Positions 26,428 through 34,931 of a DNA stretch of 64,000 nucleotides are shown here, in pieces. The stretch's first letter is position 1; each line of letters starts with the position of its first letter. The stretch covers positions 8,810 through 72,809 of the forward strand of contig JACRJY010000098.1 of assembly GCA_016235585.1 (NCBI GenBank), in the 5' to 3' direction. The notes beneath the pieces were generated by a model. That model was not told the origin of the DNA and did no database searches. It saw nothing but the letters and a program-made list of their open reading frames with translations. Made by a program: the position numbers and the translations under genes. Origin of the DNA: Verrucomicrobiota bacterium (GTDB lineage Bacteria; Verrucomicrobiota; Verrucomicrobiia; Limisphaerales; JACRJY01).

Positions 26428-27861
26428 ATGAAATCCACACTCCAGTGTAGCGCAGGATGGCATCCTGCTGTGTCGCCGACTGGCAGTCGGCGAACGGGCG
26501 AACCCGCAGCGGAGCGCCCGGCCGGTTGCCAACCGGCGACACAGCAGGTTGGCAACCTGCGCTACCAGGGAAGCGCCCGCCGCCCTGCCTTTTGGAAAGC
26601 CCGCCTTGAACGGGAAGTTCGGGGCGGCAGTTTTTTCGCGCTTCTCGTCACCGTGCTGTCGTTGTTTCCCGCCGCGCCCGCACCCGCCGCCGATCTTTAT
26701 TCGCTGCACGCCCATCTCGAAAACAAGCTCCACTACCAGTCGCCCAGCGGCTGGTTCCGCACGAAGCTCGGCGGCCTGCTCGACCTCGAGGGCTACACCA
26801 TTGACCAGCGCCCGCCGGGGCTGCTGTTCAGCCGGCACGATTTTCTTTTCAACCCCCGCCTCTCGCTCTTTCTCGACACGCAGTTCGGCTCCCACTTCTA
26901 CAGCCTCGTGCAGGTGCGCTTCGACCGCGGCTTCGACCCCGGCGTGATGCCCGATGGCGACATCCGTTTCGATGAATACCTCCTCCGCTGGACGCCGTTC
27001 GATGACGCACGGCTGAACGTGCAGGTGGGCAAGTTCGCCACCGTCTTCGGCAACTGGGTGCCGCGCCACGACTCCTGGCAGAACCCGCTCATCACCGCGC
27101 CGCTCGCCTACGAGAACGTGACCACCATCTCCGACGGCGCGGCCCCGGCCTCGCCCGCCGCGTTTCTCGCCCGCCGGTCCACGCCCGACGCGAAGGGCGC
27201 GTGGCTGCCGGTTCTATGGGGGCCGGTGTATGCCAGCGGCGGCTCCGTCTTCGGCTCGGTGGAGAAGTTCGACTACGCCTTCGACTTCAAGAACGCCTCC
27301 CTCTCCTCGCACCCGTTCGTGTGGGACGCCACCGACCTCGGCTGGGAAAATCCCGTCGTCAGCGGGCGCGTCGGGCACCGGCCCAATGCCGCGTGGAACG
27401 TCGGCGCGTCCTTCAGCTACGGCGCGTATCTGCTGCCCTCGGCGGCGGCCACGCTGCCCGCCGGCAAAGGGCGGGGGGACTACCGGCAGATCACCGTCGG
27501 GCAGGATGTGAGCTTCGCGTGGCACCACTGGCAGGTCTGGGCCGAGGCCATCGCCTCGCGCTTCGAGGTGCCGAACGTGGGCGACGCCGACACGCTCACC
27601 TACTTCATCGAGGCGCGCTACAAGATCGCGCCGAACCTCTTCGCCGCCGCGCGCTGGAACCAGCAGTTCTTCGACAAGGTGCCGGACGGCGCGGGCGGGC
27701 GGCAGCGCTGGGATCAGGACCTCTGGCGGATGGATCTCGCGCTCGGCTACCGCTTCAACCGCCATGTGCAGGTCAAGGTGCAATACAGCTACAGCCACCA
27801 GCACGGCCCGCTGCAACAGGGCGAACAGCTCCTCGCCACGCAGGTGACGCTGAAATTCTAG
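26428..27861 (+). CDS. putative outer-membrane beta-barrel (porin-like) protein; start uncertain
   Basis: Alternating beta-strand pattern ending in the aromatic C-terminus QVTLKF, typical of OM barrels. The first ~50 codons from ATG 26428 are a REP-like element. The signal-like stretch FFALLVTVLSLFPAAPAPAA has no canonical start codon immediately before it. Confidence 0.55.
   Translation: MKSTLQCSAGWHPAVSPTGSRRTGEPAAERPAGCQPATQQVGNLRYQGSARRPAFWKARLEREVRGGSFFALLVTVLSLFPAAPAPAADLYSLHAHLENKLHYQSPSGWFRTKLGGLLDLEGYTIDQRPPGLLFSRHDFLFNPRLSLFLDTQFGSHFYSLVQVRFDRGFDPGVMPDGDIRFDEYLLRWTPFDDARLNVQVGKFATVFGNWVPRHDSWQNPLITAPLAYENVTTISDGAAPASPAAFLARRSTPDAKGAWLPVLWGPVYASGGSVFGSVEKFDYAFDFKNASLSSHPFVWDATDLGWENPVVSGRVGHRPNAAWNVGASFSYGAYLLPSAAATLPAGKGRGDYRQITVGQDVSFAWHHWQVWAEAIASRFEVPNVGDADTLTYFIEARYKIAPNLFAAARWNQQFFDKVPDGAGGRQRWDQDLWRMDLALGYRFNRHVQVKVQYSYSHQHGPLQQGEQLLATQVTLKF
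26447..26565. repeat. REP-like palindromic element, family A (GTAGCGCAGG ... CCTGCGCTAC), copy 1
   Basis: Two inverted ~45-bp modules, each with small hairpins (GCAGGATGGCATCCTGC, CGCCGACTGGCAGTCGGCG, CCGGTTGCCAACCGG). A near-identical architecture occurs at 53953..54085. Confidence 0.75.
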
Positions 27862-27870
27862 GATTTTCCT

Positions 27871-28216
27871 CCCGAAGCCCCGTTTCGGTTCCTCGCTGTT
27901 TTCGGCGGAGTCCAGAGCCGTCAGCAAACCCGGAGGGGATTCCCTCTCCCCTTCGGAAGGGGAGAGGGTGAGGGTGAGGGGATGCGCGCCGCGCAAGACA
28001 AAAGGCAAAAGGAACAAGATAAAACCACAGCGGACGGGGTTCCCCACTTTGACCTTTGGCCTTTCCACTTTTACCTTGCGCGCCGCGCCACCCCCTCACC
28101 CCGGCCTGTTCCCCCATCGGATGGGGGAGAGGGAGTTCACCGCTCTGGCTTGCTTCGCACTCTGGCGAATTCCATCGAAAACAGCGAGGAAGCCGCGTTT
28201 TTGGGTCGAAACGGCC
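27871..28216. repeat. composite ~350-bp imperfect palindrome (MITE-like pair of inverted REP modules)
   Basis: Perfect 16-bp inverted repeat TTCCTCGCTGTTTTCG (27889-27904) / CGAAAACAGCGAGGAA (28176-28191). Internal hairpins CCCTCTCCCC-TTCGGAA-GGGGAGAGGG (27942-27968) and TCCCCC-ATCGGAT-GGGGGA (28110-28128). Confidence 0.6.
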
Positions 28217-28260
28217 CGCCGGAAGCCTTCCGTGGTCAATTTTAGCCATTTCGGGCCACG

Positions 28261-28512
28261 CCGGAACGGCTGCGGGATGTCCCGGAATGACCGGGGGGCA
28301 TCCCGGAACGGCTGCGGGATGTCCCGGAATGACTGGGGGATACCCCGGAACGATTGCGGGATGTCCCGGAATGGCCGGGGGACATCCCGGAATGCCTGCG
28401 GGATATCCCGGAACGACCGGGGGATGCGCCCCGATGATTCCGGCACGCCCCGGAATGACCGGGGGATGCGCCGGAATGACCGGGACGGGCGGTGGAATGG
28501 TTCCGGCGGGGC
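28261..28512. repeat. tandem array of ~12 units of a 21-bp repeat with a two-subtype (42-bp) higher-order period
   Basis: The units read CCGGAACGGCTGCGGGATGTC, then CCGGAATGACCGGGGGGCATC, and so on. The first seven are exactly 21 bp (28261, 28282, 28303, 28324, 28345, 28366, 28387); later units are degenerate. Each B-type unit is itself a small palindrome (ATCCCGG-AATGA-CCGGGGAT). Confidence 0.8.
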
Positions 28513-28842
28513 ACGGCAGGGCGGGGGGGAAAGCGGCGGAGGGCCGCCGCACTCCACGACGCTCGCGCGTGCGCCCCGGCGGTGGAACAGCGCGAAGCGT
28601 CTTGGACTGCGCCAGCCCGCCGGCGCTTTGGGCGGGCGGAACCTGAATGCGCCCATGCCCGTTTGAACCGCCCGGTGGCACAGGACGAAAGGCCAAGCGC
28701 GCCCGCTCGCTGCCGAATCGCTCCTTGACCACCAAGCAGGCTGGAAATAGCCTCACCCAATGCCCACCGTGAACGACTACAACGTGTCTACGAACTTCTG
28801 GTTGGCAGCGTCTGCATCAAAAAACAATCGAAAGATACCAGT

Positions 28843-29157
28843 ATGATTATTTTCAGTGGCCTCGGATTCCTACCCATCGTCTTTGTGGCAGTATTTGGTT
28901 TTTTCTTTTATGACTCTGACCCGAAGGCGTGGAGAGCAACAGACAAGCTATTTGCCTACACTTTGCTTCTCACGGGAGTTGTCTCTGGTCTTCTCGGTTA
29001 CTGGCTTCGACGCCGTCCCGAACGCACGCTCGTAGATAAGGCGACAGGGCAAGAGGTGAAGTTCAGGCCTTCGCATTCGCTTTTTTTTATCCCTATGGTT
29101 TACTGGGGACCGATTTTCATCGCTTGGGCGTTGTTTCTTCTCATCCGAGGACGATGA
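28843..29157 (+). CDS. AT-rich orphan small membrane protein
   Basis: 104-aa ORF with three hydrophobic helices, in a ~470-bp AT-richer patch (28757-29226) between the repeat desert and the ClC gene. Confidence 0.4.
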   Translation: MIIFSGLGFLPIVFVAVFGFFFYDSDPKAWRATDKLFAYTLLLTGVVSGLLGYWLRRRPERTLVDKATGQEVKFRPSHSLFFIPMVYWGPIFIAWALFLLIRGR

Positions 29158-29226
29158 CATTTGAATAAGACAATGCGGCCTAACTGAAGTGCCGAGCCCT
29201 CCGCCCATTTCCCTCCGCCCTCCGCC

Positions 29227-31053
29227 CTAAATCTTCATCAGCGTGCTCTGGTCAATGGCCTCGGACACCAGGCCGAGCGCCTCGGCGCGCACCACCGCGC
29301 CCACCAGCCGCCGGTCGCCCGCGTCGTTCACCACCGGGATGTTCCGCAGTTCGCTCGCCAGCAGCACCGGCAGCGCGTCCAGCAGCGACTGTCCCGGCGT
29401 GAGCACGGGCGGCGGCGGGCGCATCACGTCCAGCGCGATGACGCTGTTGAGCTCCGCGCCGGCGTTGAGGTGTTCCTTCAAATCCTGCAACGCCACGACG
29501 CCGACGAGCCGCCCCCCTGCGTCCACCACGGGCAGGAAGTTGTAGGTGCTGGCGAGGAAGCGCGCGGCGATGTCCGGCAGCGGCGCGTGGTCGCGCACCG
29601 GCGGCACGGGCGGCTGCATCAGGTCGCCGACGGTCTGCTGCGTGGCCGCGCCGAGGCGCGTGCTTTCCGGCGCGGCTTCGAGGCCCTTCGCGCGCAGCGG
29701 CTCGGTGTAGATGGTGTCGGGATGAAGCTGCTTCGCGAACAGGCTCGCCACGGCGCACGCGAGCATCAGCGCGGGCATGAGCGAGTAGTTGAGGGAGATT
29801 TCAAAGACGAGAATCATCGCCAGCAGCGGCGAGTGCGTGGTGGCCGCCAGCACGCTGCCCATGCCGACGAGCGCGAATGCGCCGGTCGGCAGCGTCACCG
29901 CCCAGCCCGCGCTGTGGAGCAGCAGGCCGAACGCGCTGCCCAGCGCCGCGCCGAGAAAGAGCGTGGGCGTGAACACGCCGCCCACCGTGCCTGCGCCGAC
30001 GGTGGCGCTGGTGGCGATCAGCTTGGCGAGGAAGAGGCCGACGATGAACTGCAGCGCGTGCGGGCCGAGCGTCTCGTGCAGGATCCTGTTCGTCGCGCCG
30101 TAGCCGTTGCCCCACACCTCGGGAAACTCGACGGCGATTCCGCCGACAATCAGCCCGGCGAGCGCGAGCCGCAGATACAGCGGCACGGGCAGGCGGTTGA
30201 AGAGGGTTTCGCTGCGCCGCAGCATTTTCAGGAACAGCACGCCGAGCGCGCCGGACAAAACGCCGAGCAGCACGAACCACGGCAGTTGCGTGAGCCGCGT
30301 GAAGTCAAACGCCGGCACGGAATACCACGGCGCGATGCCGAAGAAGCTGCGCGACATCACCGCCGCGACAACGGACGCGAAGATGAGCGGTGCGAAGAGG
30401 TTCATGGCGAAGTTGCCGAGGACGATCTGCGCCGCGAACACCGCGCCGGCGATGGGCGCGTTGTAGGCCGCCGCGATGCCCGCCGACGCGCCGCACGCCA
30501 CGAGCAGCCGCAGCCGGTAGGGCGGCCACTTCGCGAGCTGGCCCCACTTCGACGCGACCGTGGCGGTCAACTGCGTGATCGCGCCCTCGCGCCCGATGCT
30601 CGCGCCGGTGCCGATGCTCAAGAGCGACGACACGGCCTTCACGACGGCGGAGCGGAACCGCAGGCGTCCGTCCCCGGCGACGACGACTTCGAGGAGATTG
30701 GTGGAGCCGGTCTGTTTCACCAGCCGGAATCCCCAGTAGAGCACCAGCCCCGCCGCCAGCCCGCCGCCGGTGGGGATCAGAATCCGCAGCCACCAGTCAA
30801 GCATCCGCGCCGCCTCGCCCAAGTCGCCGTGGTGGTGCAGTGCGAAGGATTTCACCGCGTCAATGCAGAGATAGAACGCGAAGTTGACCAGGCCGCCCGC
30901 CACGCCGACCACGCCCGCCATGGCGAGATGGAACGCCTCCTCGCTCAAGAGCAGATGCTCGCGCACGCGCAGGGCGCGCCGCCAGTTGCGCCGGAGAACG
31001 GCGCGGATGAATTCCAGAAGCCGCGGCATGGAGTTGGCTGACTTCACGGGCAC
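29227..31053 (-). CDS. ClC family voltage-gated chloride channel/antiporter with C-terminal CBS pair
   Basis: ClC selectivity motifs GASIGREGA, GIAAAYNAPIAG and GGVFTPTLFLGA. Two CBS-like repeats in the last ~140 aa. An alternative start lies at 31029. Confidence 0.9.
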   Translation of the reverse strand: MPVKSANSMPRLLEFIRAVLRRNWRRALRVREHLLLSEEAFHLAMAGVVGVAGGLVNFAFYLCIDAVKSFALHHHGDLGEAARMLDWWLRILIPTGGGLAAGLVLYWGFRLVKQTGSTNLLEVVVAGDGRLRFRSAVVKAVSSLLSIGTGASIGREGAITQLTATVASKWGQLAKWPPYRLRLLVACGASAGIAAAYNAPIAGAVFAAQIVLGNFAMNLFAPLIFASVVAAVMSRSFFGIAPWYSVPAFDFTRLTQLPWFVLLGVLSGALGVLFLKMLRRSETLFNRLPVPLYLRLALAGLIVGGIAVEFPEVWGNGYGATNRILHETLGPHALQFIVGLFLAKLIATSATVGAGTVGGVFTPTLFLGAALGSAFGLLLHSAGWAVTLPTGAFALVGMGSVLAATTHSPLLAMILVFEISLNYSLMPALMLACAVASLFAKQLHPDTIYTEPLRAKGLEAAPESTRLGAATQQTVGDLMQPPVPPVRDHAPLPDIAARFLASTYNFLPVVDAGGRLVGVVALQDLKEHLNAGAELNSVIALDVMRPPPPVLTPGQSLLDALPVLLASELRNIPVVNDAGDRRLVGAVVRAEALGLVSEAIDQSTLMKI

Positions 31054-31122
31054 AAGCCTACCGCGAAACGCCGGACGGTGACGAGTGCTGATTCCAGAAT
31101 GCGCGGCGTGGCGTGGCTGGCT

Positions 31123-31497
31123 TCACCCGCCCTGCTTCATCGGCCAGTTGGCCGCGACGAGGCCCTTGTAGCCGCCGATGAGCGAGGCGACGTTGCGGTA
31201 GCCCATCTGCTGCGCGGCGTCGCACGTCAGCGCGGAGCGGAAGCCGCCGCCGCAATACATGATGACCTCGGTGTCGGGGTCGGGCACCGTCATCTCCAGG
31301 TCGCGCTCCAAAATGCCCTTGCCGAGGTGGACGGCCTGCGTGGCGTGGCCGGCCTGCCATTCGCCGTCCTCGCGCACGTCGAGCAGCACGGCCCTGGGGT
31401 TGGCCGCCAGCCGCGCGCGGGCCTCCTCGATGGTGATTTCCTTCACGCGCGTGCGCGCGTCGTTGACGAGTTTCAAAAAACCGGGTGCATGTGCCAT
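31123..31497 (-). CDS. rhodanese-like domain protein (sulfurtransferase)
   Basis: 124 aa. Active-site loop YCGGGFRS (C-x4-R) in the typical position, preceded by LLDVREDGEW. Confidence 0.8.
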   Translation of the reverse strand: MAHAPGFLKLVNDARTRVKEITIEEARARLAANPRAVLLDVREDGEWQAGHATQAVHLGKGILERDLEMTVPDPDTEVIMYCGGGFRSALTCDAAQQMGYRNVASLIGGYKGLVAANWPMKQGG

Positions 31498-31571
31498 GCG
31501 GGGAAGTTAGCGCGGGCGGCCCGGCGGTCAACGCGATTTCCAGTGCCTTGGTGCATTGTCCAGTTTTCTTT

Positions 31572-31640
31572 GCCCGCGAATCACGCCAACGACGCGAAAC
31601 ACGGATTCGGTTTTGGCGTGATTCGCGTGGTTCGCGGGCC
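31572..31640. repeat. REP-like hairpin (CGCGAATCACGCC ... GGCGTGATTCGCG)
   Basis: 13-bp perfect inverted repeat, plus an alternative partner TTCGCGGGC for GCCCGCGAA. Lies in the divergent intergenic region. Confidence 0.6.
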
Positions 31641-31743
31641 GATTCCCCGCTGAACAGGCTCGTGGAAGTGATTGGTGCCCGCCGCCGCGTGGCGCGGTGA
31701 TTTTCGCCGTTTCATTCCTTGGCCGGGCTGTTAGCTTCCGCTC

Positions 31744-32646
31744 ATGCAAAAAACTTTTCCCACCGCCGCGCTTGCGGTGTTGCTCGTCGTCCCGGCCTTC
31801 GCCGGAGAAGTCCAGAGTTTCAAAATCTGGCCCGGCCCGCCGCCCGGCGACGAAAACCTCAAGCTCCCGCCCGAAGGTGACACCACCAAGGCCGACGGGA
31901 GGTTGGTCGGCGGCAAGTCTGTCATCCGCCTGGGCAATGTCGCGACGCCCATGCTCGAAGTCTTCCCCGCGCCGAAGGACAAGGCCACCGGCGCGGCGTG
32001 CGTCGTCTGCCCCGGCGGCGGCTTCAGCATCCTCGCCTACGACCTCGAAGGCACCGAGGTCGCCGAGTGGCTCAATTCAATTGGTGTCACGGCGTTCGTG
32101 CTCAAGTATCGCGTGCCCGCGCGCGACAAGGACAAGCGCTGGCTCGCCGCCGTGCAGGACGCGCAGCGGGCGATGAGCCTTGTCCGCCGCCGCGCGGCGG
32201 AATGGGCGGTTGATCCGAAGCGCATCGGTATTTGCGGCTTCTCGGCGGGCGGCGCGTCGGCGGGGCTGACCGCGCTGCTCTTCGACCAGCGGCAATACGC
32301 GCCGCTTGACGACGCGGACAAAGTTTCCAGCCGCCCCGATTTCGCGATGCTGATTTACGCCGCCTACTTCGTGGATCGCGGCAGCACGACGTTGCGCGAC
32401 GACATCAAGGTGCCGAAGAACGCGCCGCCGATGTTCTTTGCGCACGCCTTCGACGACGGCGTGCCGGTGTTCAATCCGCTGCTGCTCGCGGCGGAGATGA
32501 AGAAGGTGGGCGTGCCGGCGGAAGTCCATGTCTATCCCGCCGGCGGCCACGGCTACGGCCTGCGCCGGACGGAAATGCCCGTCACCACCTGGCCCGACCG
32601 CGCGGCGGACTGGCTGCGGGTGAGCGGGTGGCTAAAGAAGCTATGA
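31744..32646 (+). CDS. secreted alpha/beta hydrolase (esterase/lipase-type)
   Basis: Signal peptide MQKTFPTAALAVLLVVPAFAG, oxyanion-type CPGGGF, nucleophile elbow GFSAGG, and C-terminal D...H (AHAFDD, GGHGY). Confidence 0.75.
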   Translation: MQKTFPTAALAVLLVVPAFAGEVQSFKIWPGPPPGDENLKLPPEGDTTKADGRLVGGKSVIRLGNVATPMLEVFPAPKDKATGAACVVCPGGGFSILAYDLEGTEVAEWLNSIGVTAFVLKYRVPARDKDKRWLAAVQDAQRAMSLVRRRAAEWAVDPKRIGICGFSAGGASAGLTALLFDQRQYAPLDDADKVSSRPDFAMLIYAAYFVDRGSTTLRDDIKVPKNAPPMFFAHAFDDGVPVFNPLLLAAEMKKVGVPAEVHVYPAGGHGYGLRRTEMPVTTWPDRAADWLRVSGWLKKL

Positions 32647-32661
32647 GTCGGGCCTTCGCCC

Positions 32662-33231
32662 ATGGCGCATCTTTTGAAAATTGATTTTCTGATGAACCCA
32701 CCTGAGTCATTTCACACGGCTCGATTGCTTCTCCGCAAGCCGCGCCCCGAGGATGCGCCGCTGATCTTTGCAGCCTACGCTCAGGATGCAGAGGTCACAC
32801 GCTATCTGACATGGCCCCCGCACAAAACGGTGGGCGTCACGCAAGCCGTGGTGGAGCGTCTGCTTGCCGCCTGGCAGTCAGGAGCCGAGTTCTCTTGGTT
32901 GCTTTTCTCACGCGCTGGCGACGAGCTTGTTGGTGCCATCTCTGCCCGCCCCGACGGCCACCGCATTGATCTTGGTTACGTCCTGGCGCGCTGCCATTGG
33001 ACTCAGGGCTTGATGACGGAAGCTGTGCTGGCGGTAGTTCAGTGGGCATTGACCGAGCCGTCTGTCTTTCGAGTCTGGGCGGTCTGCGACACGGAGAATC
33101 CCGCTTCTGGTCGCGTCCTTGAGAAGGCTGGCTTGAAGCGAGAGGGCATCCTCCGGCAGTGGGCGCTTCACCCCAACATTTCCGCTACTCCTCGTGATTG
33201 CTTCTCCTATGCCAAGACCCGCAACGCCTAA
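32662..33231 (+). CDS. GNAT family N-acetyltransferase (RimJ/RimL-like)
   Basis: TARLLLRKPRPEDA N-terminus, VWAVCDTENPASGRVLEKAGLKREG acetyl-CoA-binding region. Somewhat AT-richer than the flanks. Alternative start at 32692. Confidence 0.75.
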   Translation: MAHLLKIDFLMNPPESFHTARLLLRKPRPEDAPLIFAAYAQDAEVTRYLTWPPHKTVGVTQAVVERLLAAWQSGAEFSWLLFSRAGDELVGAISARPDGHRIDLGYVLARCHWTQGLMTEAVLAVVQWALTEPSVFRVWAVCDTENPASGRVLEKAGLKREGILRQWALHPNISATPRDCFSYAKTRNA

Positions 33232-33358
33232 CACGCAGACAGGCTGTAAATCTGCCGGTCGAACGTAGAACCTCCGGCTCCATCCTCTCCACCGTCGGCC
33301 ACAGGAGGAAGGTTGATTCAATTCTTTTGATGCACTTCCGGCACCGTGCTGAATCCGC

Positions 33359-34837
33359 TCACACGTTCACCGTCCTACTGGCATTCCACGAATAAACCAC
33401 GGTGCCATTCACATTCCGGTGTTCAAACAGGATGCGGCTCTGCTTGCCCTCGCGCTTGAGCGTGACGGCGAGGAAGCCGCCTTTCACACGATGAAACTTG
33501 TGAATCTTCGGATTCTCGCCCGGCGTGCCGCCCGCGTGTTCGTCGCTCGCCGCGCCCACGCTGAACTCGTGCAGCCCCGTGTAGGGATGCACCGAGTGGT
33601 ATTGCCAGTGGCGGTCGCCGCAGAGGACGAAGAAATTGTCCGGCACATTTTCTTTGAGCCAGTCGCGCAGTTCCTTGCCCTCGTGCTTGAAGCCGAAGTT
33701 CGAGTGGTTGTCGTTTTTGTTCCCGCGATCCGGGCCGACCAGCGGCGTGGGCGAGACGAGCACCTTCCACGTCGCGTCGCTCTCCTTCACCGTGCGCTTG
33801 AACCACGCCTTCTGCTCCGCGCCCCAGATCGTCTTGTCCGGGCCGTCGGGCATTTTGTTGTTGGAGCGGAAATCGCGACCGTCGGTGAACCAGACTTGCA
33901 GGTCGCGTCCCCAGCGGAAGGTGCGGTAGCTCGGCCCGTCGTGCATCGGCGCCTGCTGGCGGAAAATCTTCTGCCCCTCGGCGAAGGTGAACTCGCACAT
34001 CTTCGCGCCCGGCCACGAATCGTTGTTCAACGTGTCATGGTCGTCCTTGAGCCAGTAGCAGCCGATGTTGCGATTGAACTCCACCAGTCGCGGCAGGCTG
34101 AACATCCGCTCCCAATGATACCGCGCCAGCCGCGCCGTCACCGCGCGCGGCTCGTCGTTGTCGTAATAGACGAGGTCGCCCGTGAGACAGGTGAACTGCG
34201 GCTTGAGCGCGAGCATCGCGGGGTAAATGTGGTGCCCGTCGGGATGGCCGCGGTCGGGATAGCCCTGGCAGGTCATCACGCAGAAGCGCAGGTTGCCCGG
34301 CGCGTCCGCGGCGGGCGCGGTCTCGAACTTCCCGCGCACCATGGTTTCCTTCGGCGTGCCGGCGGGCGTCGGAAGCTCGCTCACGTAATGATAAACCGTT
34401 CCCGGCTTCAACCCCGTGAGCTTGAACTGGGTGATGAAATCGTTCTCCTCCGACGCCACGACGCACTCCGTCACCTGCGCGTCGCGCAAATCCTCGCGCG
34501 TGCCGTAGCGCACCTGCACGCGGCCCGCCGCGCCGGGACACGCGCCTTCGAGCTGCTCGACGGGCACGGTGACTTTGGCGGCTTCCTTCCCGGCTTTCTG
34601 CTTGTCATTCACCCGTCCGGGAATGACCACGCCGCTGTTGTTGCGCGTCGCGTGCTGCGTGAGCCGTGTCCACACGATGGCCGTGGTGTCCGTGACTTCG
34701 CCGACGCGCGTGCCCATCGCCTGAAACGGCCCCGGCGCGGCGGCGGCGCGGACGGAGCCAAGCCCCACGGCGACGAAGGCCAGTGAAGAATCGGCGACAA
34801 AACGGCGGCGTGAAAGCTGGCGGGCGCTGGATTTCAT
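33359..34837 (-). CDS. phoD: Tat-exported alkaline phosphatase D family protein
   Basis: The Met at 34837 gives the twin-arginine signal LSRRRFVADSSLAFVAVGLG. Metallophosphatase motifs GDLVYYDN, LKDDHD and CGDRHWQY. Confidence 0.85.
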   Translation of the reverse strand: MKSSARQLSRRRFVADSSLAFVAVGLGSVRAAAAPGPFQAMGTRVGEVTDTTAIVWTRLTQHATRNNSGVVIPGRVNDKQKAGKEAAKVTVPVEQLEGACPGAAGRVQVRYGTREDLRDAQVTECVVASEENDFITQFKLTGLKPGTVYHYVSELPTPAGTPKETMVRGKFETAPAADAPGNLRFCVMTCQGYPDRGHPDGHHIYPAMLALKPQFTCLTGDLVYYDNDEPRAVTARLARYHWERMFSLPRLVEFNRNIGCYWLKDDHDTLNNDSWPGAKMCEFTFAEGQKIFRQQAPMHDGPSYRTFRWGRDLQVWFTDGRDFRSNNKMPDGPDKTIWGAEQKAWFKRTVKESDATWKVLVSPTPLVGPDRGNKNDNHSNFGFKHEGKELRDWLKENVPDNFFVLCGDRHWQYHSVHPYTGLHEFSVGAASDEHAGGTPGENPKIHKFHRVKGGFLAVTLKREGKQSRILFEHRNVNGTVVYSWNASRTVNV

Positions 34838-34931
34838 GGCTTCATTGAACGCAATCTTCCTCGCGGGGAAAAGTTTTTTCGCGGCGAGACTCCGGCAAAT
34901 TGGATTGAGTTTGCGCCGGCCCGCGCCTTGA

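Noticed and set aside
28261-28512. The tandem array as a CRISPR locus
   Set aside because: The units are contiguous with no unique spacers, the unit length is 21 bp, and the window has no cas genes or leader.
27773-28756. Pro-rich heptad protein (PGHPAAV repeats, minus strand) and the SRNDRGM / PGMTGGH repeat ORFs on the plus strand across the 21-bp array
   Set aside because: These ORFs are open only because a 21-bp unit is a multiple of 3. None has a plausible start context, signal, domain or flanking non-repeat sequence, and they run through unrelated REP elements. The region is treated as non-coding tandem DNA.
31054-31743. Fluoride riboswitch (crcB motif) upstream of the ClC gene
   Set aside because: The ClC has CBS domains, unlike the ClC-F type. 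It lies 70 nt downstream of the rhodanese gene and is probably co-transcribed with it. I could not find the conserved crcB-motif pairings in the upstream 250 nt, only a REP-like hairpin.
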